This document shows positions 9,174 to 19,067 of a stretch of DNA of 64,000 nucleotides, in pieces; the stretch's first letter is position 1; every line of letters begins with the position of its first letter. The notes under the pieces are model-generated. The model was not told the origin of the DNA and did no database searches. It was given only the letters and a program-made list of their open reading frames with translations. A program made the position numbers and the translations under genes. This stretch comes from an uncultured Haloferacaceae archaeon (GTDB lineage: Archaea; Halobacteriota; Halobacteria; Halobacteriales; Haloferacaceae): the NCBI GenBank assembly GCA_964457485.1, contig CAYWFO010000001.1, forward strand, positions 6,755 through 70,754, given 5' to 3'.

Positions 9174-9434
9174 ATGAAGACGGAACCAAAAAAGCCGCAC
9201 GAATATCGCATTCTTCGCAAAATGAACAGCAAGAATGCAATTTGTGTCCTCGCCCCGTCGGCCAACCGGGTGTTTCAGGTTGTCGAGTTCGAAGACGAGT
9301 CCCTCCGAGACGAACTGTCGACGCTCGATCCCGGAAAGTTGGTCGAACTCAAACTCGAACGGGTGGGCAACCGCTCGAACGTCTGGCAGGCAAACTGGCC
9401 AGAAAACGTCCAGTCGCTCACCGCTGGACGATAG
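9174..9434 (+). CDS. hypothetical small protein (86 aa)
   Basis: MKTEPKKPHEYRILRKMNSKNAICVLAPSANRVFQVVEFEDESLRDELSTLDPGKLVELKLERVGNRSNVWQANW. Basic N-terminus followed by an acidic body. The 5' end lies in a low-G+C patch. No family recognised. Confidence 0.5.
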   Translation: MKTEPKKPHEYRILRKMNSKNAICVLAPSANRVFQVVEFEDESLRDELSTLDPGKLVELKLERVGNRSNVWQANWPENVQSLTAGR

Positions 9435-9557
9435 CGATTCCATCCGAAAAGACACGAGAACTCCGGAACAAGCCATCGGCCCACGACAGCTCAATTGGCT
9501 CCACAGAACCCGCACCGCAGCACAGACCCCGTTACTTATGCGTGGTCAAAGCGTCAC

Positions 9558-10379
9558 ATGAACCTGATGTCAGTACGCCGTTTCGTTCGTGGCCGGATCG
9601 AGTGGGACGATCTCGAACACGTCGTCCGCACCGTCGCCGACCGGTACGACCGCGAGACGGTTCGCGCCGAATTCCTCGACGCCGACAACTGGCTGTCGAC
9701 CCCCCTCGTGATCGATGACGAGTTGTTCGTCAAAATCATTAGCCAGCAGAACACGCTCGTTCACGCCTTGTTTACAACCGGGCGAAACCTTGGCGCGTTC
9801 TCGAGCGGCACCGAGGGCTTTTTTGAGTCGTTTCAGAGCCCCTACGAGATGGCTCGCCACGAGTTGGAGTCGACCCACGCCATCCGCGAACTCGGGCTCA
9901 ACGCCCCCGAACCGATCGAGGCGTTCGAGGTCGGCGAGTATGGTGTTGTCGTCTTCGAGTATCTCCCGGAGTTCACGACGCTCGATGCGGTCGATCCCAC
10001 CGATGAGACCGACATTCCGAACGACCTGTTTGCGTCGCTCGCGACGCTCCACGAGGCGGAAATGGCTCACGGCGACCTACGGGCCGAAAACGTGCTCATT
10101 TTTGAGGGAGAACTCTACTTTATTGATGCGACCAGTGTCGATGCGAGCAACTCGGCGATTCAATCGTACGACCTCGCCTGCGGGCTCGCCGCGCTCGAAC
10201 CGCTGATCGGCCCGCGGGCGACCGTCGATGCCGCGGCGGACTCGTACTCGGTAGAATCCTTGCTCAGAGCGGTCGACTTCCTCGATTTCGTCGCCATCCG
10301 CCCGGATCACGATTTCGCGCCAAGCACGCTCAAAAGCGAGATCGAAAAACGAGCGACCGATAGCCAGCGCAACGCGTAG
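9558..10379 (+). CDS. protein-kinase-like-fold phosphotransferase (Kdo/WaaP/RIO/APH-like)
   Basis: Catalytic-loop motif HGDLRAENVLI followed by YFIDATS (DFG-equivalent). Start taken at MNLMSVRR (9558) within track ORF 9495-10379. Confidence 0.65.
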   Translation: MNLMSVRRFVRGRIEWDDLEHVVRTVADRYDRETVRAEFLDADNWLSTPLVIDDELFVKIISQQNTLVHALFTTGRNLGAFSSGTEGFFESFQSPYEMARHELESTHAIRELGLNAPEPIEAFEVGEYGVVVFEYLPEFTTLDAVDPTDETDIPNDLFASLATLHEAEMAHGDLRAENVLIFEGELYFIDATSVDASNSAIQSYDLACGLAALEPLIGPRATVDAAADSYSVESLLRAVDFLDFVAIRPDHDFAPSTLKSEIEKRATDSQRNA

Positions 10380-10432
10380 CCTCATCGCTGTTTCGGAGTC
10401 TCACTGCCGGTCGTTCAGGAGTCTTCGGCGTC

Positions 10433-10882
10433 TCAGTCTGCAGCCGATGGCGACGACACAAACTCGTCAAGCGCAGCGTCAATCACCGTTGCCTCGACGA
10501 GCGCACGGGTTTCAGTGAGCGGATCGTCGGCTGCGGCCAACACCGATTGGCTGCGTTCGCGAAGCCGCGTTTCGAGTGCTCGCTGGTCGGGCGCGGCCTT
10601 GGTTTCGGTGAGCATCGCCTCGAAGTCCTCGCGCAGATCAAACGAGGCGTAGGCGACGTTGCACCGCGAGAGCGGGTGGTGTCCCATCTCGAGTACGAGG
10701 TCACAGACGAGTTCCCAGTCGTCCTCGCAGAACTGAATCGTCACGGGGCCGACGATGTCCTGCCAGGCGATCGGCCCGCTGTTTTTCATTAGCGTGACCG
10801 CTCGCGGCGGAACCTCGATACGGCTGTGGGTTTTCGGGTTCCCACAGAGACAACATGGGGTGTCGGTTCGGCCCGTATACAT
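10433..10882 (-). CDS. hypothetical protein (possible Cys-pair metal site)
   Basis: 149-aa acidic ORF with PCCLCGNPKTH and FCEDDWELVC. An alternative start exists at 10789 (MKNSGPIAW). No family recognised. Confidence 0.5.
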   Translation of the reverse strand: MYTGRTDTPCCLCGNPKTHSRIEVPPRAVTLMKNSGPIAWQDIVGPVTIQFCEDDWELVCDLVLEMGHHPLSRCNVAYASFDLREDFEAMLTETKAAPDQRALETRLRERSQSVLAAADDPLTETRALVEATVIDAALDEFVSSPSAAD

Positions 10883-10990
10883 ACTGTCGCTTGGTGTTCA
10901 GCGGTTATGTGACTTTGGCAAACGCGTGGGAAACACCAATAGGTCGCGAGTCCAAAGCTGTGTATCGTCGGTGTTCCGACACTCCAACCC

Positions 10991-11611
10991 ATGCGAACGC
11001 TTCGATCATTGTTCGGCCTCAGCGCACTCTGGCTGGTCGCCGCGCTGGCGTTGTTCGGTCTCTCGGCAACTGTATCGTCGGCGCTTCACGCCGGTATGCT
11101 CGTGTTTGTCGGCGTGCTCATGATCGGGTTGGCCCTGCTGTTCGCAGTGGTCGGCGTGTCGTGGTCGATCGCCGGCTCGGCCGTGGATTCAGCCAAAACG
11201 GTCGTCCAAACACGATCGCAATCGCTCGTCCAGTGGGCCGACGCCAACAGCGACAACGTGGCGTTAGCACGAGTGCTCAGACGGTCGGCGCTGCTCGCCA
11301 AACTCGACGGCCGAACGGCCGAACAACGAGTTGCCGATCGCGTTCGCGACATCCATCAACGGTACGTTGACGGTGACCTGAGCGAGGCCGCCTTCGAGGC
11401 CGAGTTGGCCGCGGTGTTTGACGAACTGGGGAGACGAGAGCCAGCAACGAACCGAGAGACCCACAGCAAACGGGATGGGCGGAATGGGCACCCAACACGG
11501 GAGGAGTTCGACGACATCGACACGGCGTCAGCGTCGTCCGCGTCGGATGCGTCCGGCGGAACCGACCCCGCCGCAATCAACCCCGACACTGTGTTTGAGG
11601 AACTGCGCTGA
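10991..11611 (+). CDS. membrane protein with SHOCT-like C-terminal segment
   Basis: Three N-terminal hydrophobic helices, then RVRDIHQRYVDGDLSEAAFEAELAAVFDE, which resembles the SHOCT short C-terminal domain. Acidic tail. Confidence 0.55.
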   Translation: MRTLRSLFGLSALWLVAALALFGLSATVSSALHAGMLVFVGVLMIGLALLFAVVGVSWSIAGSAVDSAKTVVQTRSQSLVQWADANSDNVALARVLRRSALLAKLDGRTAEQRVADRVRDIHQRYVDGDLSEAAFEAELAAVFDELGRREPATNRETHSKRDGRNGHPTREEFDDIDTASASSASDASGGTDPAAINPDTVFEELR

Positions 11612-11633
11612 GTTGCGTCTTTTCACGCGGCAC

Positions 11634-12464
11634 CTACCGCTCGGCGAGCGCGCGGAACCCCTCCCACGACGGGTCGCTGGCGGGCCCGACGATCCGCATC
11701 GGCAGTCCTCGGCGGTCACGCGGCGGCTCGCTGGGCACCGACGACAACGGCTGCCGCCCAGCCGCGACCAACGCGAGTGCATCAAGAACGTCGTCACGGG
11801 CGACGGTTTTGCGGTAATATGCCGCCAGCGACTCGGTGTAACAGCGCTGCCAATCAAGCGTTGGTTGTTGGTCAGCAGCCCCGAACGCCCGGTCGAGCAC
11901 ACCAAACCGCGCGGCCCGACCGCGCGCCGTCGATTTCGGGTGGGCGATCGCATAGCCATCGTTGAGTCGGGCAAAACAGTACTCGGGATGGCTCTCGTAC
12001 ACCGCGACGGATGGCGAGTGCGACCGGAGCACACGATCCATGTCGGCGATTTTGTCGGTGATGTTCCACGCCTGTTTCGAGAGTCCCGCACCGATCCGTT
12101 TGCGTTGAAGTTCGTTTGCGCGATCATAGCGTGCGTCGTCGCCAGCGGTCTGGCGGTACGAAACAACCGACCGACAGGGGGTTGGAAACACCGACCGGCC
12201 GCGCGCACCGAGCCGACGTCGAACCGCGTCGTCACAGCGGCGCGAGCCGTCGGCAGCGAGGCCGATGGGAATGTCGACGAGGAGTCGGTCGGCGGCAGCG
12301 TGGTCGGCAAACACGGCCGACAAATCGGTGTAGCAGTCGTGTTCGAGGCCGCGGTCGGCCGTCCAGACCGCGAACCAGCCGCCAGCACAGCCGTCGAGAC
12401 CGACGACGTAGTCGGCCGGCTGTGTGGGATTTTCGGACACGTCGATCGATGAGCACGTCGTCAT
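11634..12464 (-). CDS. DUF429-family protein (RNase H-like fold)
   Basis: VVGLDGCAGGWFAV...DIPIGL...R.CD..VRRRLG.RGRSVF..P...ESHPEYCF matches the DUF429 pattern from memory. Start at MTTCSS (12464) or 12479. Confidence 0.65.
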   Translation of the reverse strand: MTTCSSIDVSENPTQPADYVVGLDGCAGGWFAVWTADRGLEHDCYTDLSAVFADHAAADRLLVDIPIGLAADGSRRCDDAVRRRLGARGRSVFPTPCRSVVSYRQTAGDDARYDRANELQRKRIGAGLSKQAWNITDKIADMDRVLRSHSPSVAVYESHPEYCFARLNDGYAIAHPKSTARGRAARFGVLDRAFGAADQQPTLDWQRCYTESLAAYYRKTVARDDVLDALALVAAGRQPLSSVPSEPPRDRRGLPMRIVGPASDPSWEGFRALAER

Positions 12465-12538
12465 ACGCACCAGTGGCACTGCTCGGTCAAATCTCTGGCT
12501 GGCGAACGACTATACGCCGTGGCCGATTATGCGACCCA

Positions 12539-13129
12539 ATGACGCATCGACACGGGCCGCCAACCGCGTTCGGGTCGCCGTATCGCCTGCTCTCGACGGT
12601 CGTCACGCCGCGGCCAATCGCCTGGGTGTCGACAACGAGTGCCGACGGCGTCGACAACCTCGCGCCGTACAGTTTCTCGACGGTCGCCGCCATCGATCCA
12701 CCCGTCGTGTTGTTCGCGCCGGTCGGCCGTGAGCCGCGCAAAGACACCCCACGAAACGCGCTCACGAGCGGCGAGTTCGTCGTCAACGTCGTGACGCGTG
12801 ATCTGGTCGACCAGATGAACGCAACGAGCGCGACGCTGTCGCCCGGCGAAAGCGAGTTCGACCACGTCGGAATCGAGCGCGCGCCGTGCGAGGAGATCGC
12901 CCCGCACCGCGTTGCCGACGCACACATCGCGCTCGAATGCGACCTGTACGACTCGGTCGCGGTCGGCGACAGCCTCCTCGTGTTGGGAGAGGTCGTTCAC
13001 GTTCACGTCGACGACGCGGTGCTGACCGACGGGATGGTCGACATCGACGCACTCGACACGGTTGGGCGCCTGTCGGGCAGTCAGTACGCCACAACGAGCG
13101 AGCGGTTTTCGATCGAGCGGCCGTCGTGA
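12539..13129 (+). CDS. flavin reductase-like FMN-binding protein
   Basis: Internal ATG at 12539 of track ORF 12116-13129. RLLSTVVTPRPIAWVSTTSADGVDNLAPYSFS...GEFVVNVV...HVGI is typical of the split-barrel flavin reductase family. Confidence 0.85.
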   Translation: MTHRHGPPTAFGSPYRLLSTVVTPRPIAWVSTTSADGVDNLAPYSFSTVAAIDPPVVLFAPVGREPRKDTPRNALTSGEFVVNVVTRDLVDQMNATSATLSPGESEFDHVGIERAPCEEIAPHRVADAHIALECDLYDSVAVGDSLLVLGEVVHVHVDDAVLTDGMVDIDALDTVGRLSGSQYATTSERFSIERPS

Positions 13130-13255
13130 GTTCGGATACGGTGAACCGCCTTCGTAAGTGCGGATATGGCCGATCGGCGAGTCTGGTTCACTGTGAACGC
13201 CGAACACGACACGCAACCGATGAGGGTTTATTTTCGGTCGGTCTTACATCACTAT

Positions 13256-14095
13256 ATGAAGATTCTCGATCGCGCCGCGGCCGGCGACACATCCGTCGCC
13301 ATCGTTGGCGGGATGCACGGCGACGAGCCCGCAGGGTGGCGAATCGTAAACCAACTGGCCGACGAGTTGCCTGCGTACAATGCGGATTCAGACGCGGGAC
13401 GGATTCGACTGATTATTGCGAACGAGCCGGCCATTTCGGCCGAAACGCGGTACACCGAAACCGATCTCAACCGGGCGTTTCCCGGCGACACGGAGAGCGA
13501 CGCGTACGAGGATCGACTCGCAGTCGAACTCGCTGAATCCGTTGCCGGTGCCGACGCAGTGCTCGCCATTCACACCTCCCACAGCGCCCCGCCGCCGTTT
13601 GCCATCTACAGCGATCTGACTACGTCGGTACGACGGACGGTCGCCGGTATGCCCGTCGACTATGTGCTTGACGCCAGTGAACTTCGGGGAACCACGTTCG
13701 ATTCGACGGTTCCGCACACCGTCTCGATCGAAGTCGGCCGCCAAGGCAGCGAGGAGGCCGTCGATTTCGGGTACAAAGCCGTTCGGGCGTTTTTGCGGGC
13801 TCACGGCGCGCTCACCGACCAGCCGCCGACGTTCAGCGAGACGACCATCGTCAAGGGGCTCGAAGAGGTTCCAAAAGGGGGCGGCGACCCACAGGTCAAC
13901 TACGCGAACTTCGAGGAGATTCCGACCGGTGCGGTGTTCGCCAGCGACGATGTCTACACCCACCGTGTCGAGGAAAGCGGTCTCGTTCCGGTGCTCGCGA
14001 GCGAGGAGGGTTACGAGAACCTCTTTGGGCTCTACGGCCGGATCACCGAAACGCTCGAACCGCCGGCGGATTCGCCGGCCGTCACCGACGACTGA
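13256..14095 (+). CDS. succinylglutamate desuccinylase/aspartoacylase-family (M14-like) zinc hydrolase
   Basis: VAIVGGMHGDEPAG...DLNRAFPG... are AstE/AspA family hallmarks. Start at MKILDR (13256). Confidence 0.8.
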   Translation: MKILDRAAAGDTSVAIVGGMHGDEPAGWRIVNQLADELPAYNADSDAGRIRLIIANEPAISAETRYTETDLNRAFPGDTESDAYEDRLAVELAESVAGADAVLAIHTSHSAPPPFAIYSDLTTSVRRTVAGMPVDYVLDASELRGTTFDSTVPHTVSIEVGRQGSEEAVDFGYKAVRAFLRAHGALTDQPPTFSETTIVKGLEEVPKGGGDPQVNYANFEEIPTGAVFASDDVYTHRVEESGLVPVLASEEGYENLFGLYGRITETLEPPADSPAVTDD

Positions 14096-14241
14096 GTGTC
14101 GCAACCGGCCCGCACCGGCGACACGGTGCTGACAGCGGACGATTGCCGCGCGCCGTATCTCAACGAGCGCATCAGCACCGATCACGTGCGTGAGCCCTGA
14201 GTCGGCCGTGTGTTTTTGTGCGCTGGGCAATCAGTATCGGT

Positions 14242-15174
14242 ATGATTCGGGTTTCGGGGCTGACAAAAACCTACGGCGGGTTTGCGGCGGTCGTCGACAG
14301 CAGTTTCGCGGTCGACTCCGGCGAGGTGTTCGGCCTCGTCGGCCCCAACGGTGCGGGCAAAACAACGACGTTGAAAATGCTCGCCGGGCTCATCGAACCG
14401 ACCTCAGGGACGGCCCGCGTCGCGGGATACTCGGCGGCGAACCCTGAAATGCGCCGCACGCTTGGCTTTCTGCCCGAGGAGTCGCCGCTGTACGAGGAAA
14501 TGACGCCACGTTCGTATCTCCGGTTTTTTGCGGACCTCTACGACGTTCCCCGCGACGTTGCCACCGAACGCGCCGAATCGGCGCTCGACCGACTTGATCT
14601 CCAGCACCGCGACCGCCGACTCGGCGACATGTCGAAAGGAATGAAGCGCAAGGTTGCCATCGCCCGCTCGCTCGTCAACGATCCCGACGTGCTGATTTAC
14701 GACGAACCCGCAAGCGGGCTCGACCCGCTGACGACCAACACCGTGTTGGCGTTCACCCGCGAACTGCGCGCGGCCGGCAAAACGGTCGTCTTCAGTGCGC
14801 ACAACCTGTACCACGTCGAGAGCGTCTGCGACCGCGTCGTCATCATGAACGAGGGCCGGATTATCGCGCGGGGGACAATCGACGACATTCGCGAGGATCA
14901 CGGCGAGACGACCTACCGCGTCTTCAGCACTGTCGAACTCGAACCGCCCGAGACAGTCGATCTTCTCGATCCGATTGAGCCGACAGGCGACGGCCGGTAC
15001 GAAACGACCGTCGAAACAATGGATGCCGTCGAATCGTTACAGGCTGCGGCCGCGGCCGCCGGAGGCCGGGTCGACGACATTCGAACCGATGAGCCGAGTC
15101 TCGAAACCATCTTTTTGGAACTCACGGGCCGGCCAATGAACACGCCGAGAACGGTGGCGGAGTCCGACCGGTGA
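14242..15174 (+). CDS. ABC transporter ATP-binding protein (ABC-2 type)
   Basis: Walker A GPNGAGKTT, signature MSKGMKRK, Walker B VLIYDEP. Start at MIRVSGL (14242). Confidence 0.92.
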   Translation: MIRVSGLTKTYGGFAAVVDSSFAVDSGEVFGLVGPNGAGKTTTLKMLAGLIEPTSGTARVAGYSAANPEMRRTLGFLPEESPLYEEMTPRSYLRFFADLYDVPRDVATERAESALDRLDLQHRDRRLGDMSKGMKRKVAIARSLVNDPDVLIYDEPASGLDPLTTNTVLAFTRELRAAGKTVVFSAHNLYHVESVCDRVVIMNEGRIIARGTIDDIREDHGETTYRVFSTVELEPPETVDLLDPIEPTGDGRYETTVETMDAVESLQAAAAAAGGRVDDIRTDEPSLETIFLELTGRPMNTPRTVAESDR

Positions 15175-17030
15175 GCCCACGGCGTCGACTCCGCTCGATC
15201 GTTCGAATCGCCCGCTGGGAGGCGTTCGAGCGACGAGAATCGATCGATCGCCGAACGCTCGTCGTCGGATTCATCCTCTTGCTCATCGTCGGCTCGCTCG
15301 GCGTTGGGGCAGTCGCCCTTGGAGCGAGTTTCTCGCCGTCGGCCGACATCTACCGGGTCGGCGTCGACAGTGACAGCGCCTACGCACCGGTCGTCGATGG
15401 CCACCCCTCGCTCGTTGCCCACCCGGCCGACCGAGCGGCGCTTGACCGCGGCGACATCGACCTGCTTGTCGTCGATGGCGGCGAAACTGACGAACGTGGC
15501 GAGACTGGCGAGGATGAGTCGGGGAACGGTGTTCGGATTGTCGCCACCGAGAGTCCGAAAGGCGAGGCCGCGCTGACGACGTTCCGGAGCGCGGTCGAGT
15601 CGTACAACGACCGGCTGCTGGCGTTCGAAGCCAACGAAACGGCCGCCTACCCGGTGACGGTCACGCTACAGTACCGAAGCCAGTCGGCCGTCGCGGTGGA
15701 TGGAGTCGCTGTCGAAGACGATCCAGCAGACGGCGACGACGCGGCGGAACCCGACGATGGGCCCGACGAGGCCGACGACGACCCGGCCGATGGCGACGCG
15801 GATGATGTGGACGGAGGCGCTGGGAACGACACGGACGACAGGGCCGGAAACTGGCTTTTGACCGCGTTGTTCGGCGGGAGTGCGCCCGACTCGCCGGCGG
15901 ATATCCAGCCGCCGTTTCCGTTCTCTTCGCTCGTGTTGGCGTTTCTGTTCGTGATTCCGATGAACTTCGTTATCCAGGCCTACGGGAGCTCGGTTCTCAC
16001 CGAGCGGATCAACCGCCGGGGCGAACTGCTGTTGGTCGCGCCGGTCGGCCGACTCGACATCGTCGCGGGCAAAACCCTGCCGTATCTGCTCGCGATGGTC
16101 GGTCTCATCGTCGCCATTGCCGTCGCGATCGGCGGTGGTGTTCTCTCGGTGCTCGCGGTGCTTCCCATTGCGCTGACGTTTCTGGCGGCGACGTTCGCCG
16201 GCGCGATGTTCGCGCGCTCGTTCAAGGAACTGACGTTCGTGACCGTCACCATCTCGGTGACTCTCACCAGCTACGTGTTCGTGCCCGCGATTTTCGCGAC
16301 GGTGACGCCGATTGCGCTGATTTCGCCGCTCACGCTCGTCGTGATGGAGTTACAGGGTGAGGCAGTCGGCCTCGGAGCCTACGTGTTTTCGACCGCGGCG
16401 TTCTATCTGAGCGCGGGCGTGTTGTTCCTGCTCGGCGCGGGCGTCTACCGCGAGGAGGACATGTTCACCCAGAAGTCGGTGCCGCTGAAGTTCCTCGACG
16501 CGCTCGACGCACGGCTTTCTGGGGTCGCTTCGGTTGGCGTGCTCACCGCGCTGTTCGTTCCGTTCGTCTTTATTTTCGAGTTGTTGGCGATTGCGGTGTT
16601 GTTCGTGCTGCCGATCGAGCTCTCGATTCCGCTGATTCTCGTCGCCATCGCGGCCATTGAGGAGGTCGCAAAAAGCATTCATCTCTACGCCGGCTTCGAA
16701 AGCGACCGGTTCGACCGAACGCCCCGACTAGCGCTGCTGCTCGGCTTGGCGTCGGGCATCGGCTTCTTTCTGGCCGAAAAACTCACCGTCATCGCCCAGG
16801 TTGTCGGCCTTCCCGAGTTGGCGCTCGGACAGGCGGTGTTCACGCCGGCGGGCGTGACGCCGACAACGACGCTGGCGCTCGTGTTCGCCCCGCTCGTGTT
16901 GCACGTTGTCACCGCGTCGATTTCGGCGCTCGGCGCGCGAAAGAACCTGCGGTGGTATCTGGCCGCGCTGGTCGTCGCCACCGCGGTGCACGCGCTGTAC
17001 AACATGGGAGTGTTGGCGATCTATGCGTGA
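15171..17030 (+). CDS. ABC-2 permease fused to a C-terminal PrsW-like intramembrane protease domain, with an acidic low-complexity extracellular insert
   Basis: The GTG start overlaps the ATPase stop (GTGA at 15171-15174). The central part ERINRRGELLLVAPVGRLDIVAGKTLPY is ABC-2/NatB-like. The C-terminal motifs AIEEVAKS, GIGFFLAEK, LHVV...ALG and HALYNMG match the PrsW/CPBP E-E-x-x-K ... H-x3-N pattern. The insert is DDPADGDDAAEPDDGPDEADDDPADGDADDVDGG. Confidence 0.75.
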   Translation: MSPRRRLRSIVRIARWEAFERRESIDRRTLVVGFILLLIVGSLGVGAVALGASFSPSADIYRVGVDSDSAYAPVVDGHPSLVAHPADRAALDRGDIDLLVVDGGETDERGETGEDESGNGVRIVATESPKGEAALTTFRSAVESYNDRLLAFEANETAAYPVTVTLQYRSQSAVAVDGVAVEDDPADGDDAAEPDDGPDEADDDPADGDADDVDGGAGNDTDDRAGNWLLTALFGGSAPDSPADIQPPFPFSSLVLAFLFVIPMNFVIQAYGSSVLTERINRRGELLLVAPVGRLDIVAGKTLPYLLAMVGLIVAIAVAIGGGVLSVLAVLPIALTFLAATFAGAMFARSFKELTFVTVTISVTLTSYVFVPAIFATVTPIALISPLTLVVMELQGEAVGLGAYVFSTAAFYLSAGVLFLLGAGVYREEDMFTQKSVPLKFLDALDARLSGVASVGVLTALFVPFVFIFELLAIAVLFVLPIELSIPLILVAIAAIEEVAKSIHLYAGFESDRFDRTPRLALLLGLASGIGFFLAEKLTVIAQVVGLPELALGQAVFTPAGVTPTTTLALVFAPLVLHVVTASISALGARKNLRWYLAALVVATAVHALYNMGVLAIYA

Positions 17031-18123
17031 AGAAGACGGAGAGGGCGCAGGGATAACGCGGATTCGATCGTGGCTCGCCGACTGCCGAGTCACGATTGCG
17101 CGGCGCGAGCTCCAGGTGTTGCGCCGTGAGAAAACCATCGTGCTCGCGCTTGCCATCCAGCTGTTCATTGCCGGCTTTTCGGGCTTTCTCGTTGTGGGTC
17201 TCGTCTCCATCTACGACCCCGCCAGCGTCGACGGCTTCCAGGTCGATGCGGCGGTAACCGGCGAGGCGAGCGACGAGGTGCTCGCGGCAACGGAAGAGGT
17301 GGAGTCGGTGTCGGGTACCGAGTACGACTCGGTCGACGAGGCGTTTGCGGCGTTCGAGCGTGGTGGCGTCCAGGCGGTGTTCGAGACCGCGCGGAGCGAC
17401 GGCCACATCGAGGTAATCGTCACCGCACCGGAGGGCAGCATCGAGACGACGCTCGTCGTGGCCGAAAGCCAGTCGGTGTTGCGCGCGCTCGAACGGGCCC
17501 AACATGCCGAGCGCGCGGCGTTTCTCGACCGTCAGCCGCTCGCGGTGCCGCCCGACCGCGGGGCCAACCCGTACGTCGACTTCATGTATTCCGTGTTGGT
17601 GCCGATGTTGGTGTTTTTGCCGGTGTTCATCAGCGGCTCGATCACGGTCGATTCGATCACCGAGGAGGTCGAACGCGGCACGCTCGAACTGCTCCGCGTC
17701 GCCCCCGTGACGATGGGCGACATCGTCGCGGGCAAGGCGCTGGCGATGATCGCAATCGTCCCCCTTCAGGTGGCCGCATGGCTCGCGTTGCTCGTGCTCA
17801 ACGACGTCGCGATCGCCAACATCGGCTGGCTGCTCGTACTCGCGACTGCGGCGGCGACAATCGTTGTTGCGCTGGCGGTGGCGACCGCGTTGGCAACGCC
17901 GGATCGACAGGCGGCCCAACTGGTGTACTCGATCGCCGTGGTGGCCGTCTTCGGTCTTGGCTCGCTGGTTCCGGGTGGCCCGATAAACGCCGCCGTGTTG
18001 CTGGCGATCGACAGCGCCACAGCCCAGACATTGCTGACGGTCGGCGCGGTCGTCGTCGTCGCAGCGCTCGCGGTGGCTGCGACGCGATTGCTCGTCGAGC
18101 GAGTCGACCCGAACGCGTTGTGA
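17023..18123 (+). CDS. ABC-2 type transporter permease
   Basis: The ATG at 17023 overlaps the upstream stop (ATGCGTGA). EEVERGTLELLRVAPVTMGDIVAGKALAM is the ABC-2 permease signature region. Multi-TM. Confidence 0.8.
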   Translation: MREEDGEGAGITRIRSWLADCRVTIARRELQVLRREKTIVLALAIQLFIAGFSGFLVVGLVSIYDPASVDGFQVDAAVTGEASDEVLAATEEVESVSGTEYDSVDEAFAAFERGGVQAVFETARSDGHIEVIVTAPEGSIETTLVVAESQSVLRALERAQHAERAAFLDRQPLAVPPDRGANPYVDFMYSVLVPMLVFLPVFISGSITVDSITEEVERGTLELLRVAPVTMGDIVAGKALAMIAIVPLQVAAWLALLVLNDVAIANIGWLLVLATAAATIVVALAVATALATPDRQAAQLVYSIAVVAVFGLGSLVPGGPINAAVLLAIDSATAQTLLTVGAVVVVAALAVAATRLLVERVDPNAL

Positions 18124-18152
18124 GCGGCGGCGGTGGCGACGCCGAGAGCCGG

Positions 18153-19067
18153 TCAGTCAGCGCTGCTGACGAACTCCGGCGGCGCGGCCATTCCGACCTC
18201 GCCTGACAGATCGCGCTGTGGGAACGGAATGGTGATGTCCTCGCGGTCGAAGCGCTGTTTGACCCGTTTGACGTACTCCGCACGGGTTCGCACGAAATCC
18301 GAGCGCCGGGGCTGGGTGATCCAGACACGCGCCTGCAAGCCGACGTGCGAGTCGCCAAGTTCGATGAGTCGGACCGATGGCGCAGGATCGTCAATGATGT
18401 CGGCGTGGGCCTCGGCTTCCTCGATGATGATGTCGGTCGCGGTGTCGATGTTGTCCTCGTAGCTGATTCCGAAGGTGAACTTGAGTCGAAGTTTGTCGCC
18501 GTCGACTGGATTTTTCACGACGCCGTCGGTGAGCTGGGAGTTCGGAACCGTCAGGAGTTCGTTGTCGAACGTTCGCACCCGCGTCACGCGGAAACTGATG
18601 TCCTCGACGATACCCGAGTTGCCGTCCCACTCGATCCAGTCGCCGATTTTGAACGGCTTGTCGGTGAAAATAAAGATTCCTGACACGAAGTTTTTGATGA
18701 CGTCCTGCAGGGCAAAGCCGATCGCGAGCGTGGCGGCCGCCCCAATCGTCGCCAACGAGGTCAGAAAGTTGCCGAAGCCGGCCGCCCCAAACGCGACCGA
18801 GAGGGCGACGAACACGATGACGATGTTGACAATCTTCTTCAGCGGGCGAACCGCATGCGTTTCGAGCCCCCGGGCGGTCAACAGCCGGTCGAAAAGTGGA
18901 AGGACAACCAGTTTTGCGACAAGGTAGATGAGAATAAAGGCGACGACAAACGTGACCGCCGCACCGACTGCGTCGGCCGCGGGAACCCCTGCGTCGGCGA
19001 GAATGTCGCCCAGCACGGTCCGCGTTGTGGGTGTGCCGGCTACAAGCACGACGGGTGGCAGGCTCAT
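18153..19067 (-). CDS. mechanosensitive ion channel (MscS family)
   Basis: Three TM helices plus the conserved MscS beta-domain (FKIGDWIEWDGNSGIVEDISFRVTRVRTFDNELLTVPNSQL). Confidence 0.9.
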   Translation of the reverse strand: MSLPPVVLVAGTPTTRTVLGDILADAGVPAADAVGAAVTFVVAFILIYLVAKLVVLPLFDRLLTARGLETHAVRPLKKIVNIVIVFVALSVAFGAAGFGNFLTSLATIGAAATLAIGFALQDVIKNFVSGIFIFTDKPFKIGDWIEWDGNSGIVEDISFRVTRVRTFDNELLTVPNSQLTDGVVKNPVDGDKLRLKFTFGISYEDNIDTATDIIIEEAEAHADIIDDPAPSVRLIELGDSHVGLQARVWITQPRRSDFVRTRAEYVKRVKQRFDREDITIPFPQRDLSGEVGMAAPPEFVSSAD

